In this document: positions 17,445 to 26,881 of the stretch, piece after piece
Layout: each line of letters begins with the position of its first letter
Numbering within the stretch: the first letter of the stretch is position 1
IMG/VR virus record: IMGVR_UViG_3300025652_000072
Coordinates: 1-60,037 of that record
DNA: 60,037 nt
Strand: one strand, 5' to 3'
Origin: a virus
Taxonomy: Duplodnaviria > Caudoviricetes
Notes under the pieces: generated by a model
What the model saw: the letters and a program-made list of their open reading frames with translations, nothing else
What the model was told of the DNA's origin: nothing
Databases searched by the model: none
Position numbers and translations under genes: made by a program

Positions 17445-17768
17445 TTAGTTAAAGTTTGCTTCAAGGGGGTAGTACTTGTTTTCTAGCCTATCCCATTTAA
17501 GCATTTTGTAACGGCCCATATTCTGCCGTGATGCAACGCTCGCAGCTAATGCAATAATTACAGGATCACCAGAAAGTAATAGGTAATCGTCATCTGTAAA
17601 CTTGCTCAACTTACGAGTTAGTTGTTTTATTAATGGCTGAGTAGAATAACTCGCCTGTTCAGAAGCAGGAACAAGTATTTCTATATCACCGAAGGTAACG
17701 GCATCGCTCAAATCGCGACCTCGCATTTCTTGAACTATGTACACTGTCATGCCTTTCTCCACATGCAA
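17445..17768 (-). CDS. Hypothetical protein (start probably ATG 17750)
   Basis: DDYLLLSGDPV motif; GGAGAAAGG RBS. Confidence 0.7.
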   Translation of the reverse strand: MHVEKGMTVYIVQEMRGRDLSDAVTFGDIEILVPASEQASYSTQPLIKQLTRKLSKFTDDDYLLLSGDPVIIALAASVASRQNMGRYKMLKWDRLENKYYPLEANFN

Positions 17769-17857
17769 AAGTTAATTATTTAGTATAGTAGCATATATTT
17801 TATATGTAACTAGCGTTTTTATGTCAAGAAAAAAATAAATATCTCAAGCTTACACCG

Positions 17858-18015
17858 ACTTTGCTATAATAGGGGCAAAACCCAAACAAACCCTAGAAAA
17901 AATAATTCCAAAAACGTCGCGCGTACCGAGAAAGTTGTATATTGTATATCGTATATCGGAAAATGTTAGAATTTAAATTCATCTTAATTCGTTTTTCCCC
18001 CCTATATAGTAAAGT
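17858..18015. repeat. Inverted-repeat-bounded non-coding element, copy 1 (homologous to 59263-59487)
   Basis: actttgctataatagg arm; identical 20-mer tcgcgcgtaccgagaaagtt; tatatcgtatat; cccctatatagtaaagt arm. Confidence 0.85.
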
Positions 18016-18091
18016 TGTTTGATAAACCTTTTATTGCTCGTTGTTTTGTTTAGGTTTAAAATATAAATATTCCCAATAGAAAGAGGGTAAA

Positions 18092-19531
18092 ATGCGTTAC
18101 AAATTTAAATACCAACCATATAAGCATCAGCTAGATGCTTTAGAAAAGTCGTGGGATAAAACCTTTTTTGCCTTGTTTATGGACATGGGTACAGGCAAAT
18201 CTAAAGTATTAATAGATACGATTTCTATGCTTTACGATAAAGGTAAAATAGATTCTGCTCTGATTATCGCACCCAAAGGTGTGTACCGTAACTGGGAAAG
18301 AAAAGAACTGCCCACCCATTTACCCGATCATATACAGGCAAACATTGTTGTATGGTCGCCAGAAAAAACAAAAAAGAAACAAGCAGAGTTAGCTACGTTA
18401 AATGAACCGTCAGATAAACTGCAAATATTTTTAATGAATGTAGAAGCATTGTCCAGTAGCAGAGGAGTATGGTCTGCCTCACAATTTATACTGTGCCATA
18501 AAACAATGCTTGCTGTAGATGAAAGTACAACCATTAAATCTAGAACAGCGAACAGAACAAAAAGCCTTATAAAAATATCAAGAAACGCCCCTTACCGTAG
18601 GATACTTACAGGGTCACCTGTTACTAAATCACCGTTAGACCTATACACACAATGCGAGTTTTTAGAAGAGTATGTATTAGGGCATTCTTCGTTCTGGACG
18701 TTCCAAAACCGTTATGCAAAATTGATACGCAAAACAATGGGAGCGCATTCATTTAACCATATTGTAGGATACCAAAACTTAGAAGAGTTAAATGGTATAA
18801 TAGAACCGTTTTCATTTAGAGTGCGTAAAGAAGATTGTTTAGACCTACCTGACAAAGTGTATACAAAGCGCAGTGTAGAGTTAACTAAAGAACAACGTGT
18901 TCTGTACGATCAAATGAAACGTAATGCTGTATCCTTTATAGAAAACGAAGGCATTATGTCTGCCTCTACCGTGCTAACTCAAATACTAAGGTTGCAACAA
19001 GTATGTTCTGGTTTTGCTAAACTGGAAGATGGGCGAATGATAAAAGTTCCCAACAACAAGTTGCCTGAGTTACTATCTGTATTAGAGGAAACAGATGGTA
19101 AGGTAATAATTTGGGGTAACTTTACACATGACCTAGAATTGATACAGGAAGCTCTTATAAAAACATATGGGGCAGAAACAGTAGAGCTGTTCTATGGTAA
19201 AACTCCGGCAGAAGAACGGCAGTTAATTGTAGAGCGGTTCCAAGACCCTAACGACCCATTGCGGTTTTTTGTAGGGCAACCCCGAACAGGGGGCTACGGA
19301 CTTACTCTTACAGAAGCGCATACAGTTATATACTACAGCAACGGCTATGACCTTGAAATAAGGTTACAGAGCGAAGATAGAGCGCATCGTATAGGACAAA
19401 CAAATAAAGTTACTTATATAGATATAACAGCAGAAAATACTGTAGACCAAAAAGTTATCCAAGCCCTGCGAAGCAAAATAGATATAAGTACAAAGGTACT
19501 AGCTGAAGGGTACAAAGAGTGGATAATCTAA
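18092..19531 (+). CDS. SNF2-family helicase
   Basis: MDMGTGKS, VDES, LTGSP, QSEDRAHRIGQ. Confidence 0.95.
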   Translation: MRYKFKYQPYKHQLDALEKSWDKTFFALFMDMGTGKSKVLIDTISMLYDKGKIDSALIIAPKGVYRNWERKELPTHLPDHIQANIVVWSPEKTKKKQAELATLNEPSDKLQIFLMNVEALSSSRGVWSASQFILCHKTMLAVDESTTIKSRTANRTKSLIKISRNAPYRRILTGSPVTKSPLDLYTQCEFLEEYVLGHSSFWTFQNRYAKLIRKTMGAHSFNHIVGYQNLEELNGIIEPFSFRVRKEDCLDLPDKVYTKRSVELTKEQRVLYDQMKRNAVSFIENEGIMSASTVLTQILRLQQVCSGFAKLEDGRMIKVPNNKLPELLSVLEETDGKVIIWGNFTHDLELIQEALIKTYGAETVELFYGKTPAEERQLIVERFQDPNDPLRFFVGQPRTGGYGLTLTEAHTVIYYSNGYDLEIRLQSEDRAHRIGQTNKVTYIDITAENTVDQKVIQALRSKIDISTKVLAEGYKEWII

Positions 19532-20166
19532 TACTTGGGGATAGCTCTGTTGTAATTAAAACATTTGCAGATGAGCAGTTTGATACAGTGTTTACCTCAC
19601 CCCCATACAATAGAAAAAGGAACGATAAGTATGAAGATTTTACTGATATTTCTGATAATTATTTCAATTTTCTTGTTGAATCGATAGAACAATGTCTACG
19701 AGTATGTAAGGGTAATGTGTTTTATAACCTTCAAAAAAACTTTTACAATCGAGTAGAAATATATAAAGTTTTTGGACATTTTGCAGAACGTATAATAGAA
19801 ACAATCGTTTGGCATAAATCAAACCCCATGCCAAACCCCCATGTCATTAACTCTTATGAATACATTTTAGTATTGAGTAATAAAAACAAATCATTAAAAG
19901 CAAACAAAACATATACAAAGAACCATTTTTCAACAGCCGTTTACTCAGAGAACCCATACAAAAAACAGCATAGAGCAGTCATGAACCCTAAAGCTGTAGA
20001 GTATATACTGAAGTCTTTTTGTAAACCAAACGAAAGTGTGCTTGACCCTTTTATGGGGACAGGAACGACAGGTGTTGTTTGTAAACAGTTTGGTATGACA
20101 TTTACAGGTATTGAGTTAGTAGAAGAGTATTACAACTTATCTAAACAACGGTTACTAACCCATTAA
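19519..20166 (+). CDS. Beta-class N4-C/N6-A DNA methyltransferase
   Basis: TSPPY (motif IV) precedes DPFMGTGTT (motif I) and GIEL. Confidence 0.9.
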   Translation: MDNLILGDSSVVIKTFADEQFDTVFTSPPYNRKRNDKYEDFTDISDNYFNFLVESIEQCLRVCKGNVFYNLQKNFYNRVEIYKVFGHFAERIIETIVWHKSNPMPNPHVINSYEYILVLSNKNKSLKANKTYTKNHFSTAVYSENPYKKQHRAVMNPKAVEYILKSFCKPNESVLDPFMGTGTTGVVCKQFGMTFTGIELVEEYYNLSKQRLLTH

Positions 20167-23100
20167 CGAACCGATACCTTGCCCTTGCTTTTGTTGCTGT
20201 CGTTTTTGTATAGCCGCAGATGTTGTATCAAACGGAAACAATGAAGCAATATCCATTTGCCCCCCACCTGTAGGTGCAGGGTTGGGAGGAGGAGCTACTT
20301 GTGTAAAATTCATTGGTGGTGGTGGAGCATTATCAATACGTCTACGCTCTTCTATTACTTCCGGAACAGGAGAACCACCTTGATCTATGAAATTGCGTAG
20401 CTGTTCTTCTGAAGCGGGAAAATTTAAAAATTTGTTTGTTTCTTCTTTTATTTCTTCACCTGCTTCTATACCTGACCCCACTAAATAGTTATTTACCTTC
20501 CTGCTTATAGGTCCTGGAATACGGCCTACAGGGTTTGTTTCAGGTAACTCTGTTGTAAGCATTTTAGCTAACTGTGGGTCTGTTATTGCTTCACGCATTA
20601 ACGCATTCATTCGTATTTCGTTTTGCGCTCCTATAGCTCTACTTGCCAAATAAATAAACGCTGTTCTAGGTGATATTCTGTTTTCTTTAACAGCAAGTAC
20701 CCTTGTAGAAACAGCCGCAGTAGAAGTACCGAGAGCTTCTGCTAAACGGCTTACAATTCCAGCAGAGCTTAAACTTTGTAGCTCTAAACGAGGAACGGTG
20801 TTTATTCTTTCTGAAGCATCAGCTAACAAGTACAGGTCTTTCATATGTGATTCAGAAAAACCTGCGTCTTTTAACAACTGGGTATTTTTGTCTTCTTGTA
20901 ACCATGCTTTGAATAATGCAGGGTCTGCCATGATATCCTGTTGTTGATCTAACTTTTCAAAAATAGTTCTTCTAAAAACGTTTTCTGCGTTTGTTTTCCC
21001 CATTGCTTTTGCTTCGTCGGAATTTAAAAAATCTCTTTTAGTTTTTACCATAGTACGTTCCCCACCTTCTTTTGTAGGTTTCGTAACTAATTGTGTGAGA
21101 AAATCTTCTTCTGGTTCTAAAGTGCCTTTTCTTGTTTGTGCTTGCAAAAACTTACCCAGTAATGTTCCTTCTATTTCTTTTTTACGAGCTGTAGCTTCTT
21201 TCCTACGTTGCAAAGATTTTTGAAGCAACGCTTGTGTGTTTGTTAATTCGTCTAAAAAAGTTTTTCCTTCTTGTCCAGGAAGAAGTTCTAAATAATTTCT
21301 GTTATCACCCATCCATTTATTCAGAGCTGTTTCATCCCAAGTTCCTTTATCTATTTTGTATGCTTTATCATACAAAGAATCTAACAAAACATTTTTCAAA
21401 TCATTTATTTCAGGAGCTTCATTAGTTACTGTATCTACAAACCTTCTTAGTATTTCAGGTTCATTGTCTAAAAATGTTTTAGTTACTTGCTCTCCTTGTG
21501 TTAAATAACGATCTATCGTTTTGTCTTTTGCAGCAACACCCATAATTAAAGAACGTTCAAAAGGGTCGTATAATGTCTTTTTTGCAAAATCTATAAATTC
21601 TCTATACTTAGGCCCAAGATTTTTAAACGCACCTACAGAAAAATCATCAAGCATATCTCTATACTGCATTAACGTAGGAACTTCAGGGCTACCAAACGCA
21701 GAGCCTTTGCTTATAGCAGCACTTACCTCTTCCCTTGCTAACAACCAATCTCGGAAACTATACGGTTTACTTGAATCCCATTCTACTAAATCTCTTATAC
21801 TAGGAGGAAGTTTTTTAAATCCAGCTGATTCAACTCCTGCTGCGGGTACAATTTCATTCAAAACTCTTTTTTGTAAAGCTAATACAGTTTCAGGTTCAAC
21901 TAAATCATCTGCTCTAACTAATGTCTTTTCACGCTTACCTGTCGCTTGTTTTATTGGTCTTTTCTCTTTTACAATGCCTAATGTTACTTTCTTTTCATCT
22001 ACTAATTTTTTAGCGTCTTCTACTCTTTTATTTAAACCTGCTTGAAATTTTTCTCTATCTGTTTGCCGCACACTACCTTCTCTTGCAATTTGAGAACCCT
22101 GTTGTTGTAAAAAATCATCTGCTGCTGTTATTTCTTTAGCTTGTTGTTCTACACTTAAATCAAATGTTTTTCTAGCATTATCTAAAATTAACAGGTTATT
22201 TCCTGTTACTCCTGTATCAGCACCTTCTATACCTATCGTTCCTTTGAACCGTGTAGCACCTGTTAAAAAACCATCTAACAAAGCATTCATGGCAGGTATT
22301 TGATCATTAGGGGTAGTTTCTAACGCTTCGTCAAACGTTTTTATTAACGCTTGGTTATTAAACACTTGTCCAGGAGCCATGTTTTCTAACTCAGGTATTT
22401 TAGCTACGATTTGTTGAAACCTATCAGCAGCTTCTTTTGCTTTTTCCGGTTCTATGTTTAACTGTCTTTGTATCATTGTTTGTGCTTTGTTAGTTAAAAA
22501 CGCACCTTCTTTTCCTTCAACAGCACTTTTTGTTCCTAAAGCAACATCTTTAACGTCACTCGTTGCAAGACCTTTCAACCATTTTACTCCCTGTACAACA
22601 GGTAATTTACTAACAATAGCAGGGAGAGCAGCAGGGGCAAAAGCAGATGCAATACCTAATGTAGGACTATCTGTTGTTTCTGTAACACCACCTGCTAATC
22701 CACTAATCCCTGCTTCTAAGGCAGCCATTTGTCCAGGATTAGATGCCTGAGTTCTTATTATATCGTCTACAACATTAGTTGTTGTTTGTCCAGGAGTGAT
22801 AGTTTCATCAATAAATTGTTTTGCTTTTTGTAAAGGTGTTCCTACTCCTTGCGTAAATGCAGACGGCCCCTGTAACGCTTTAGAAGATTCACTAACTACT
22901 CTCGTAGGCCCTGCTATAGGAGCTCCTTGTATTGGGGCTTGATATGTGGAAGGAGCAGTAGCAGGTGCAATTTTAGGGCCTAATACATTTGCCCCATATG
23001 GACCTATTCCTTTTGTAGCCAAATTAGCCGCGAGTTGTGTTCCCCCTGCTATGGGAGCTCCTTCTCCAATAAATTTACCTGCCCCATATACAAATTCGCT

Positions 23101-23577
23101 TGCTAAACCTTCTTCTGGCGTTACACCAATATCAGTACCTTCACCATAATTTAGTGGTATACCTAATACATTACTCATTATATTTTGTGTTTCAAAATCA
23201 CCCGATGCAAATATACGAGCCATTTCATTTCTGTCTGGTTTTATATTGGCTAAAAAAGGAAGACCTGCTTGTTCACCTATTTTTCTAAAAGCAACAGCAG
23301 CATTGTATATGACAGGGTCAACTAAACCCGCTAATCCTCTATTAAACCCTGTTATCGCTGTTGTTAAAATACTATCGCCAAACACAGGTTCTAATCCGTC
23401 ACCTATACCTGTAACACGAGCAGGTTGCGCTTTACCTTCAAAGCCAAGTGATGCACCTTCTACAGGATCACCAACTCTAGTCATATCCTGTGCAGATTTT
23501 AAAATTTCTACTTCGTCTATTTCAGGTCCAGAAACAGCTTGGAGCATTCGCTCATCTAATGAATCATCAAGGGACAT
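20155..23577 (-). CDS. Large putative internal virion/ejection protein (1140 aa)
   Basis: Size, helical composition, last gene of the structural operon. Confidence 0.55.
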   Translation of the reverse strand: MSLDDSLDERMLQAVSGPEIDEVEILKSAQDMTRVGDPVEGASLGFEGKAQPARVTGIGDGLEPVFGDSILTTAITGFNRGLAGLVDPVIYNAAVAFRKIGEQAGLPFLANIKPDRNEMARIFASGDFETQNIMSNVLGIPLNYGEGTDIGVTPEEGLASEFVYGAGKFIGEGAPIAGGTQLAANLATKGIGPYGANVLGPKIAPATAPSTYQAPIQGAPIAGPTRVVSESSKALQGPSAFTQGVGTPLQKAKQFIDETITPGQTTTNVVDDIIRTQASNPGQMAALEAGISGLAGGVTETTDSPTLGIASAFAPAALPAIVSKLPVVQGVKWLKGLATSDVKDVALGTKSAVEGKEGAFLTNKAQTMIQRQLNIEPEKAKEAADRFQQIVAKIPELENMAPGQVFNNQALIKTFDEALETTPNDQIPAMNALLDGFLTGATRFKGTIGIEGADTGVTGNNLLILDNARKTFDLSVEQQAKEITAADDFLQQQGSQIAREGSVRQTDREKFQAGLNKRVEDAKKLVDEKKVTLGIVKEKRPIKQATGKREKTLVRADDLVEPETVLALQKRVLNEIVPAAGVESAGFKKLPPSIRDLVEWDSSKPYSFRDWLLAREEVSAAISKGSAFGSPEVPTLMQYRDMLDDFSVGAFKNLGPKYREFIDFAKKTLYDPFERSLIMGVAAKDKTIDRYLTQGEQVTKTFLDNEPEILRRFVDTVTNEAPEINDLKNVLLDSLYDKAYKIDKGTWDETALNKWMGDNRNYLELLPGQEGKTFLDELTNTQALLQKSLQRRKEATARKKEIEGTLLGKFLQAQTRKGTLEPEEDFLTQLVTKPTKEGGERTMVKTKRDFLNSDEAKAMGKTNAENVFRRTIFEKLDQQQDIMADPALFKAWLQEDKNTQLLKDAGFSESHMKDLYLLADASERINTVPRLELQSLSSAGIVSRLAEALGTSTAAVSTRVLAVKENRISPRTAFIYLASRAIGAQNEIRMNALMREAITDPQLAKMLTTELPETNPVGRIPGPISRKVNNYLVGSGIEAGEEIKEETNKFLNFPASEEQLRNFIDQGGSPVPEVIEERRRIDNAPPPPMNFTQVAPPPNPAPTGGGQMDIASLFPFDTTSAAIQKRQQQKQGQGIGSLMG

Positions 23578-26500
23578 TTATCTGTTTCTCCTTTCTCTTC
23601 GAGTAAGGTTTGTTGTACTAGATCCGCTTATTGTAGTTCGTCCGTTTTGCCTAATTGTTTTTAATTTAACCGTTATTAGTTCCTGCGGATTAGCTTGTTT
23701 ACGTTTCCAAACATTTTCTGGTAACCCTAGTGCTTCAGCTTGTTTAACAGTCATTGTAGCAAATTGGTTTTGCAAGTCTCTACCACTTTCAGCTAACCTT
23801 TTAGCAAAATCAAAAGCAGGAAGATAACTCATTTGTTTTCCATCTGAGTTTGTAGTGGTAACAATTTCGTCAAACCTTAATGGGTCTTCTTTTGTGCCTC
23901 CCTGTATTTGATACACTCTTGCCGAAGGATTATCTACAGGGTTTAATAAATGTAAATCACCCAGTTGTTCATTCGTAACACGATTCATAAATGTTTGTAT
24001 CTGTTTAAGAGCTACCATAGGTTGTGTTAAAATTTCACCTGATTTTGGTAATAACTCTTGGAGTTGTTCTAATTCTCTTACAGGGAACCTTGGAGATAAG
24101 GCTAAAGATCGTTTAACCAATCTATCAAGTAACTGGCTTGTAGTTCTGTACTCTTCAGAATTTGCATCGGCTAATTTTCTACCTAACGCAGTATCACCAA
24201 AAACACCTGCAATATTACCAGAGATAAATGCAGTCATACCACCTTTAATGCCAAGAGTTTTTAAGAACTTTTTATTTATTACATTATCTTGTATTTCTCT
24301 AATCAATTCAGCTCTAGCCCCTGTTTTAGCTTGTAGTTCAGCCCTTTTAGGGTCAGGTAATCTGTACTGTCCGTCTTTGTTTACCTCATATGTAGCAGAA
24401 GGAGCTACTCTGTAAATTGTTGGGTTACCTAATTTAACACTATCGCCAACAGTTAATGATTTTCCATATGTGTTTTCTAGTTTAGCTTTGTTTTCTTCGG
24501 TAACTGTATATGTGCCATAAGGAGAGTTACCACCAGTAGCAGCACCAAAAGCATTCGGTGTGCGTGAATCTATAGGTGTGCGTGAAATTATAGAGTTATC
24601 GGATAGGTTTCTAACAACTTTAAATCTAATACCCTGTTCATCTTCTACAGAATAAATTTTTTCGCCATCATCCCTAAAATATTCTCCAGGATTTAATGCT
24701 GTAAACCCTCCTGTTGCATTGGGTATGTAATCTTTACCGTTAACGAAAAACCCTTCTACCCTTTTAAAACCAGTCGGTTTACCACTTGCATCTTTTTGCA
24801 TAAGTTGAAGAGTTTTAGGCTTTGCACTTTTGAGCGCACTTTTCAATGCTCCTGAGTTAGGCCCAAGAATTAAATCATCTACATCTATAGGTTTTACAGG
24901 GCGGTAGTCATTAGGGGGAGCTCCATCAACAAATTTGTTTGTTTTAGGATCTAAATATTTTCCGGCCTTATCATAAAAAACAAGGGTTTCCATTTCGCCT
25001 GTTGTTGGGTTTTTCCTTGCGTAAATTACTTGGTCACTTAGAGTATTATTGGATTTATCAATTGTATATCCAGCAGTTATTGCTTTAATTGCAGCATCTC
25101 TTGTTTTACCTGCTTCTTGTAATCCTTCGCTAACAAGGCGTGCAGTTTGATCATTAATTGTTTTAGCATTTGATCTTTTATTTGTAAGGGCTTCTTCAAT
25201 AGCTTTATTAGCAGTTGTTTCCCCAAAAGCCCTAACCTGCTCTTCTTGTTTTACTGATAAATCAAAAGCCGCACCTTTTGCTTCTCGTTCTTGTTGGCTT
25301 TTCTTAGCTTGTATTTTACTGAGGTTAGCAGCTAGAGGTCCTGCGGCTTGGGTTAAACCTGTAAGTAATGATCCTGGAGTAGAAGCGAGCCGTGACCCTG
25401 CATCAGCTAATGCTAAGTACCCTTGTATTGCTGTATCATCTGTATCTGTATCTCCCATAAACTCTTTGCGCCTAGCAAGAAGTTCTTCTGCGGTTTCTGC
25501 TTTAGGTGCAAACTTAGAACGTAACGCTTCTAGTTCTTCAAAAGTTTTTGTTGGGTCTGTTTCACCTTTTTGTAAATCAAGACTATCTAAAAGACCTCTA
25601 TAACCTTTTACAGTAGATTTTATTTCATCCATATCTATTTTAGGGTATTGAGGTATAGCTACAGGGGATAATGTTCTGCCACCTTGTAATTGACTCAATA
25701 GTCCTGGAGTATTTGGGTTTTGCTGTAAAGTAGCAGCAGTTATATCTTGAGCTCGTTGCGATGGAAACCCATAATTCTGTGCAAAAGGCATCGGCATACC
25801 ACCTAACGCCATACCCACTGGCATTTCCCCACGAGACATCGCTAGGACAGCCTCTGCCTGATCAGAAGGTTCTGTGGCAGAGGGCTGACTAAAATTTCCC
25901 TCGGATCCTTCCACACCCCCCATCGGGGCTTCTGCAATACCACCATCAGGAACAGCTTCTAATGTTTGGAATACAGGTTGCAATACTGTTAAAACAGACT
26001 CAGGTGTTTTCTTTGCATCAGCAGGGCCAACTAACTCAGCCAACTCACTATATCGCTCTGACAATGGTAAGTCGTTTCCTCGCATTGCATTAATAACATC
26101 TTCTATATTTTCCGCGTTATCTAAACCACTGTACACTTGCTCCATTTGCCCTGCCATTTGTTGCATCATTTGCATCCCTTCGGGTGGGGGTGGTTCCGGC
26201 ATCATACCTGAAGCAATACCTGAATTTTCAGAAGCAGGGGTCATTGGTTGCATACCCCCCATTACTTGTCCACCTTCTGCAAATTGTTGAGCACCTAATG
26301 GGTTCCGCGCTTGCCGACCTTCTGCTTTACCGTAATCTATAAAATGTTGGTATAAATCAAAAGGGGAAGTACCAAGTGCCTGTCTAACATCTGGGTTAGA
26401 AGTAGCATAAAATTCAGCATCAAAACTGTTAGGAACGTACCCATAATTTTGCATAGTATATTCTCTAGGAGTAAAATTGAGAACAGATCTATCTAACTCT

Positions 26501-26880
26501 CCTCGACCAACAGTAGGAAGACTTGCTATACCTCTGCCTTCTTTGCGACCAAAGTCTATATAATGTTGCCTAGCAAAATCATCTAAAATATTTTGGTATT
26601 CATTACTTATACCACCAGTAAATCGTGACCCCTGTTTAGGTACACCTGATTGTATAGCGGCATCAGTAGCTGCGCGGAACACATCTGGGTTAGATTCTAG
26701 ATACTGTTGCAAAATAGGGTCAGCTTGGTATCTACCTTGCGCTTGTTCTGTTTGTCTTTGTATATCTCGGTAAGCTTCTGCTTGCCTTTGAGCTTTCATC
26801 CGTTGTACAGCCATCGCATTATCATAAACACGTTGTTGATCTAATGCTTCTTGCTCAGGTGTTTGTTTTTGGTTCATCAT
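23578..26880 (-). CDS. Large putative internal virion protein (1100 aa) with two NPDV...G..EGR repeats
   Basis: Position; repeats and AxGG motifs. Confidence 0.55.
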   Translation of the reverse strand: MMNQKQTPEQEALDQQRVYDNAMAVQRMKAQRQAEAYRDIQRQTEQAQGRYQADPILQQYLESNPDVFRAATDAAIQSGVPKQGSRFTGGISNEYQNILDDFARQHYIDFGRKEGRGIASLPTVGRGELDRSVLNFTPREYTMQNYGYVPNSFDAEFYATSNPDVRQALGTSPFDLYQHFIDYGKAEGRQARNPLGAQQFAEGGQVMGGMQPMTPASENSGIASGMMPEPPPPEGMQMMQQMAGQMEQVYSGLDNAENIEDVINAMRGNDLPLSERYSELAELVGPADAKKTPESVLTVLQPVFQTLEAVPDGGIAEAPMGGVEGSEGNFSQPSATEPSDQAEAVLAMSRGEMPVGMALGGMPMPFAQNYGFPSQRAQDITAATLQQNPNTPGLLSQLQGGRTLSPVAIPQYPKIDMDEIKSTVKGYRGLLDSLDLQKGETDPTKTFEELEALRSKFAPKAETAEELLARRKEFMGDTDTDDTAIQGYLALADAGSRLASTPGSLLTGLTQAAGPLAANLSKIQAKKSQQEREAKGAAFDLSVKQEEQVRAFGETTANKAIEEALTNKRSNAKTINDQTARLVSEGLQEAGKTRDAAIKAITAGYTIDKSNNTLSDQVIYARKNPTTGEMETLVFYDKAGKYLDPKTNKFVDGAPPNDYRPVKPIDVDDLILGPNSGALKSALKSAKPKTLQLMQKDASGKPTGFKRVEGFFVNGKDYIPNATGGFTALNPGEYFRDDGEKIYSVEDEQGIRFKVVRNLSDNSIISRTPIDSRTPNAFGAATGGNSPYGTYTVTEENKAKLENTYGKSLTVGDSVKLGNPTIYRVAPSATYEVNKDGQYRLPDPKRAELQAKTGARAELIREIQDNVINKKFLKTLGIKGGMTAFISGNIAGVFGDTALGRKLADANSEEYRTTSQLLDRLVKRSLALSPRFPVRELEQLQELLPKSGEILTQPMVALKQIQTFMNRVTNEQLGDLHLLNPVDNPSARVYQIQGGTKEDPLRFDEIVTTTNSDGKQMSYLPAFDFAKRLAESGRDLQNQFATMTVKQAEALGLPENVWKRKQANPQELITVKLKTIRQNGRTTISGSSTTNLTRRERRNR

Positions 26881-26881
26881 G

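Noticed and set aside
17858-18015. Duplicated element as a MITE/IS or attachment site
   Set aside because: No transposase, integrase or target-site duplication seen; kept as a regulatory/origin candidate.
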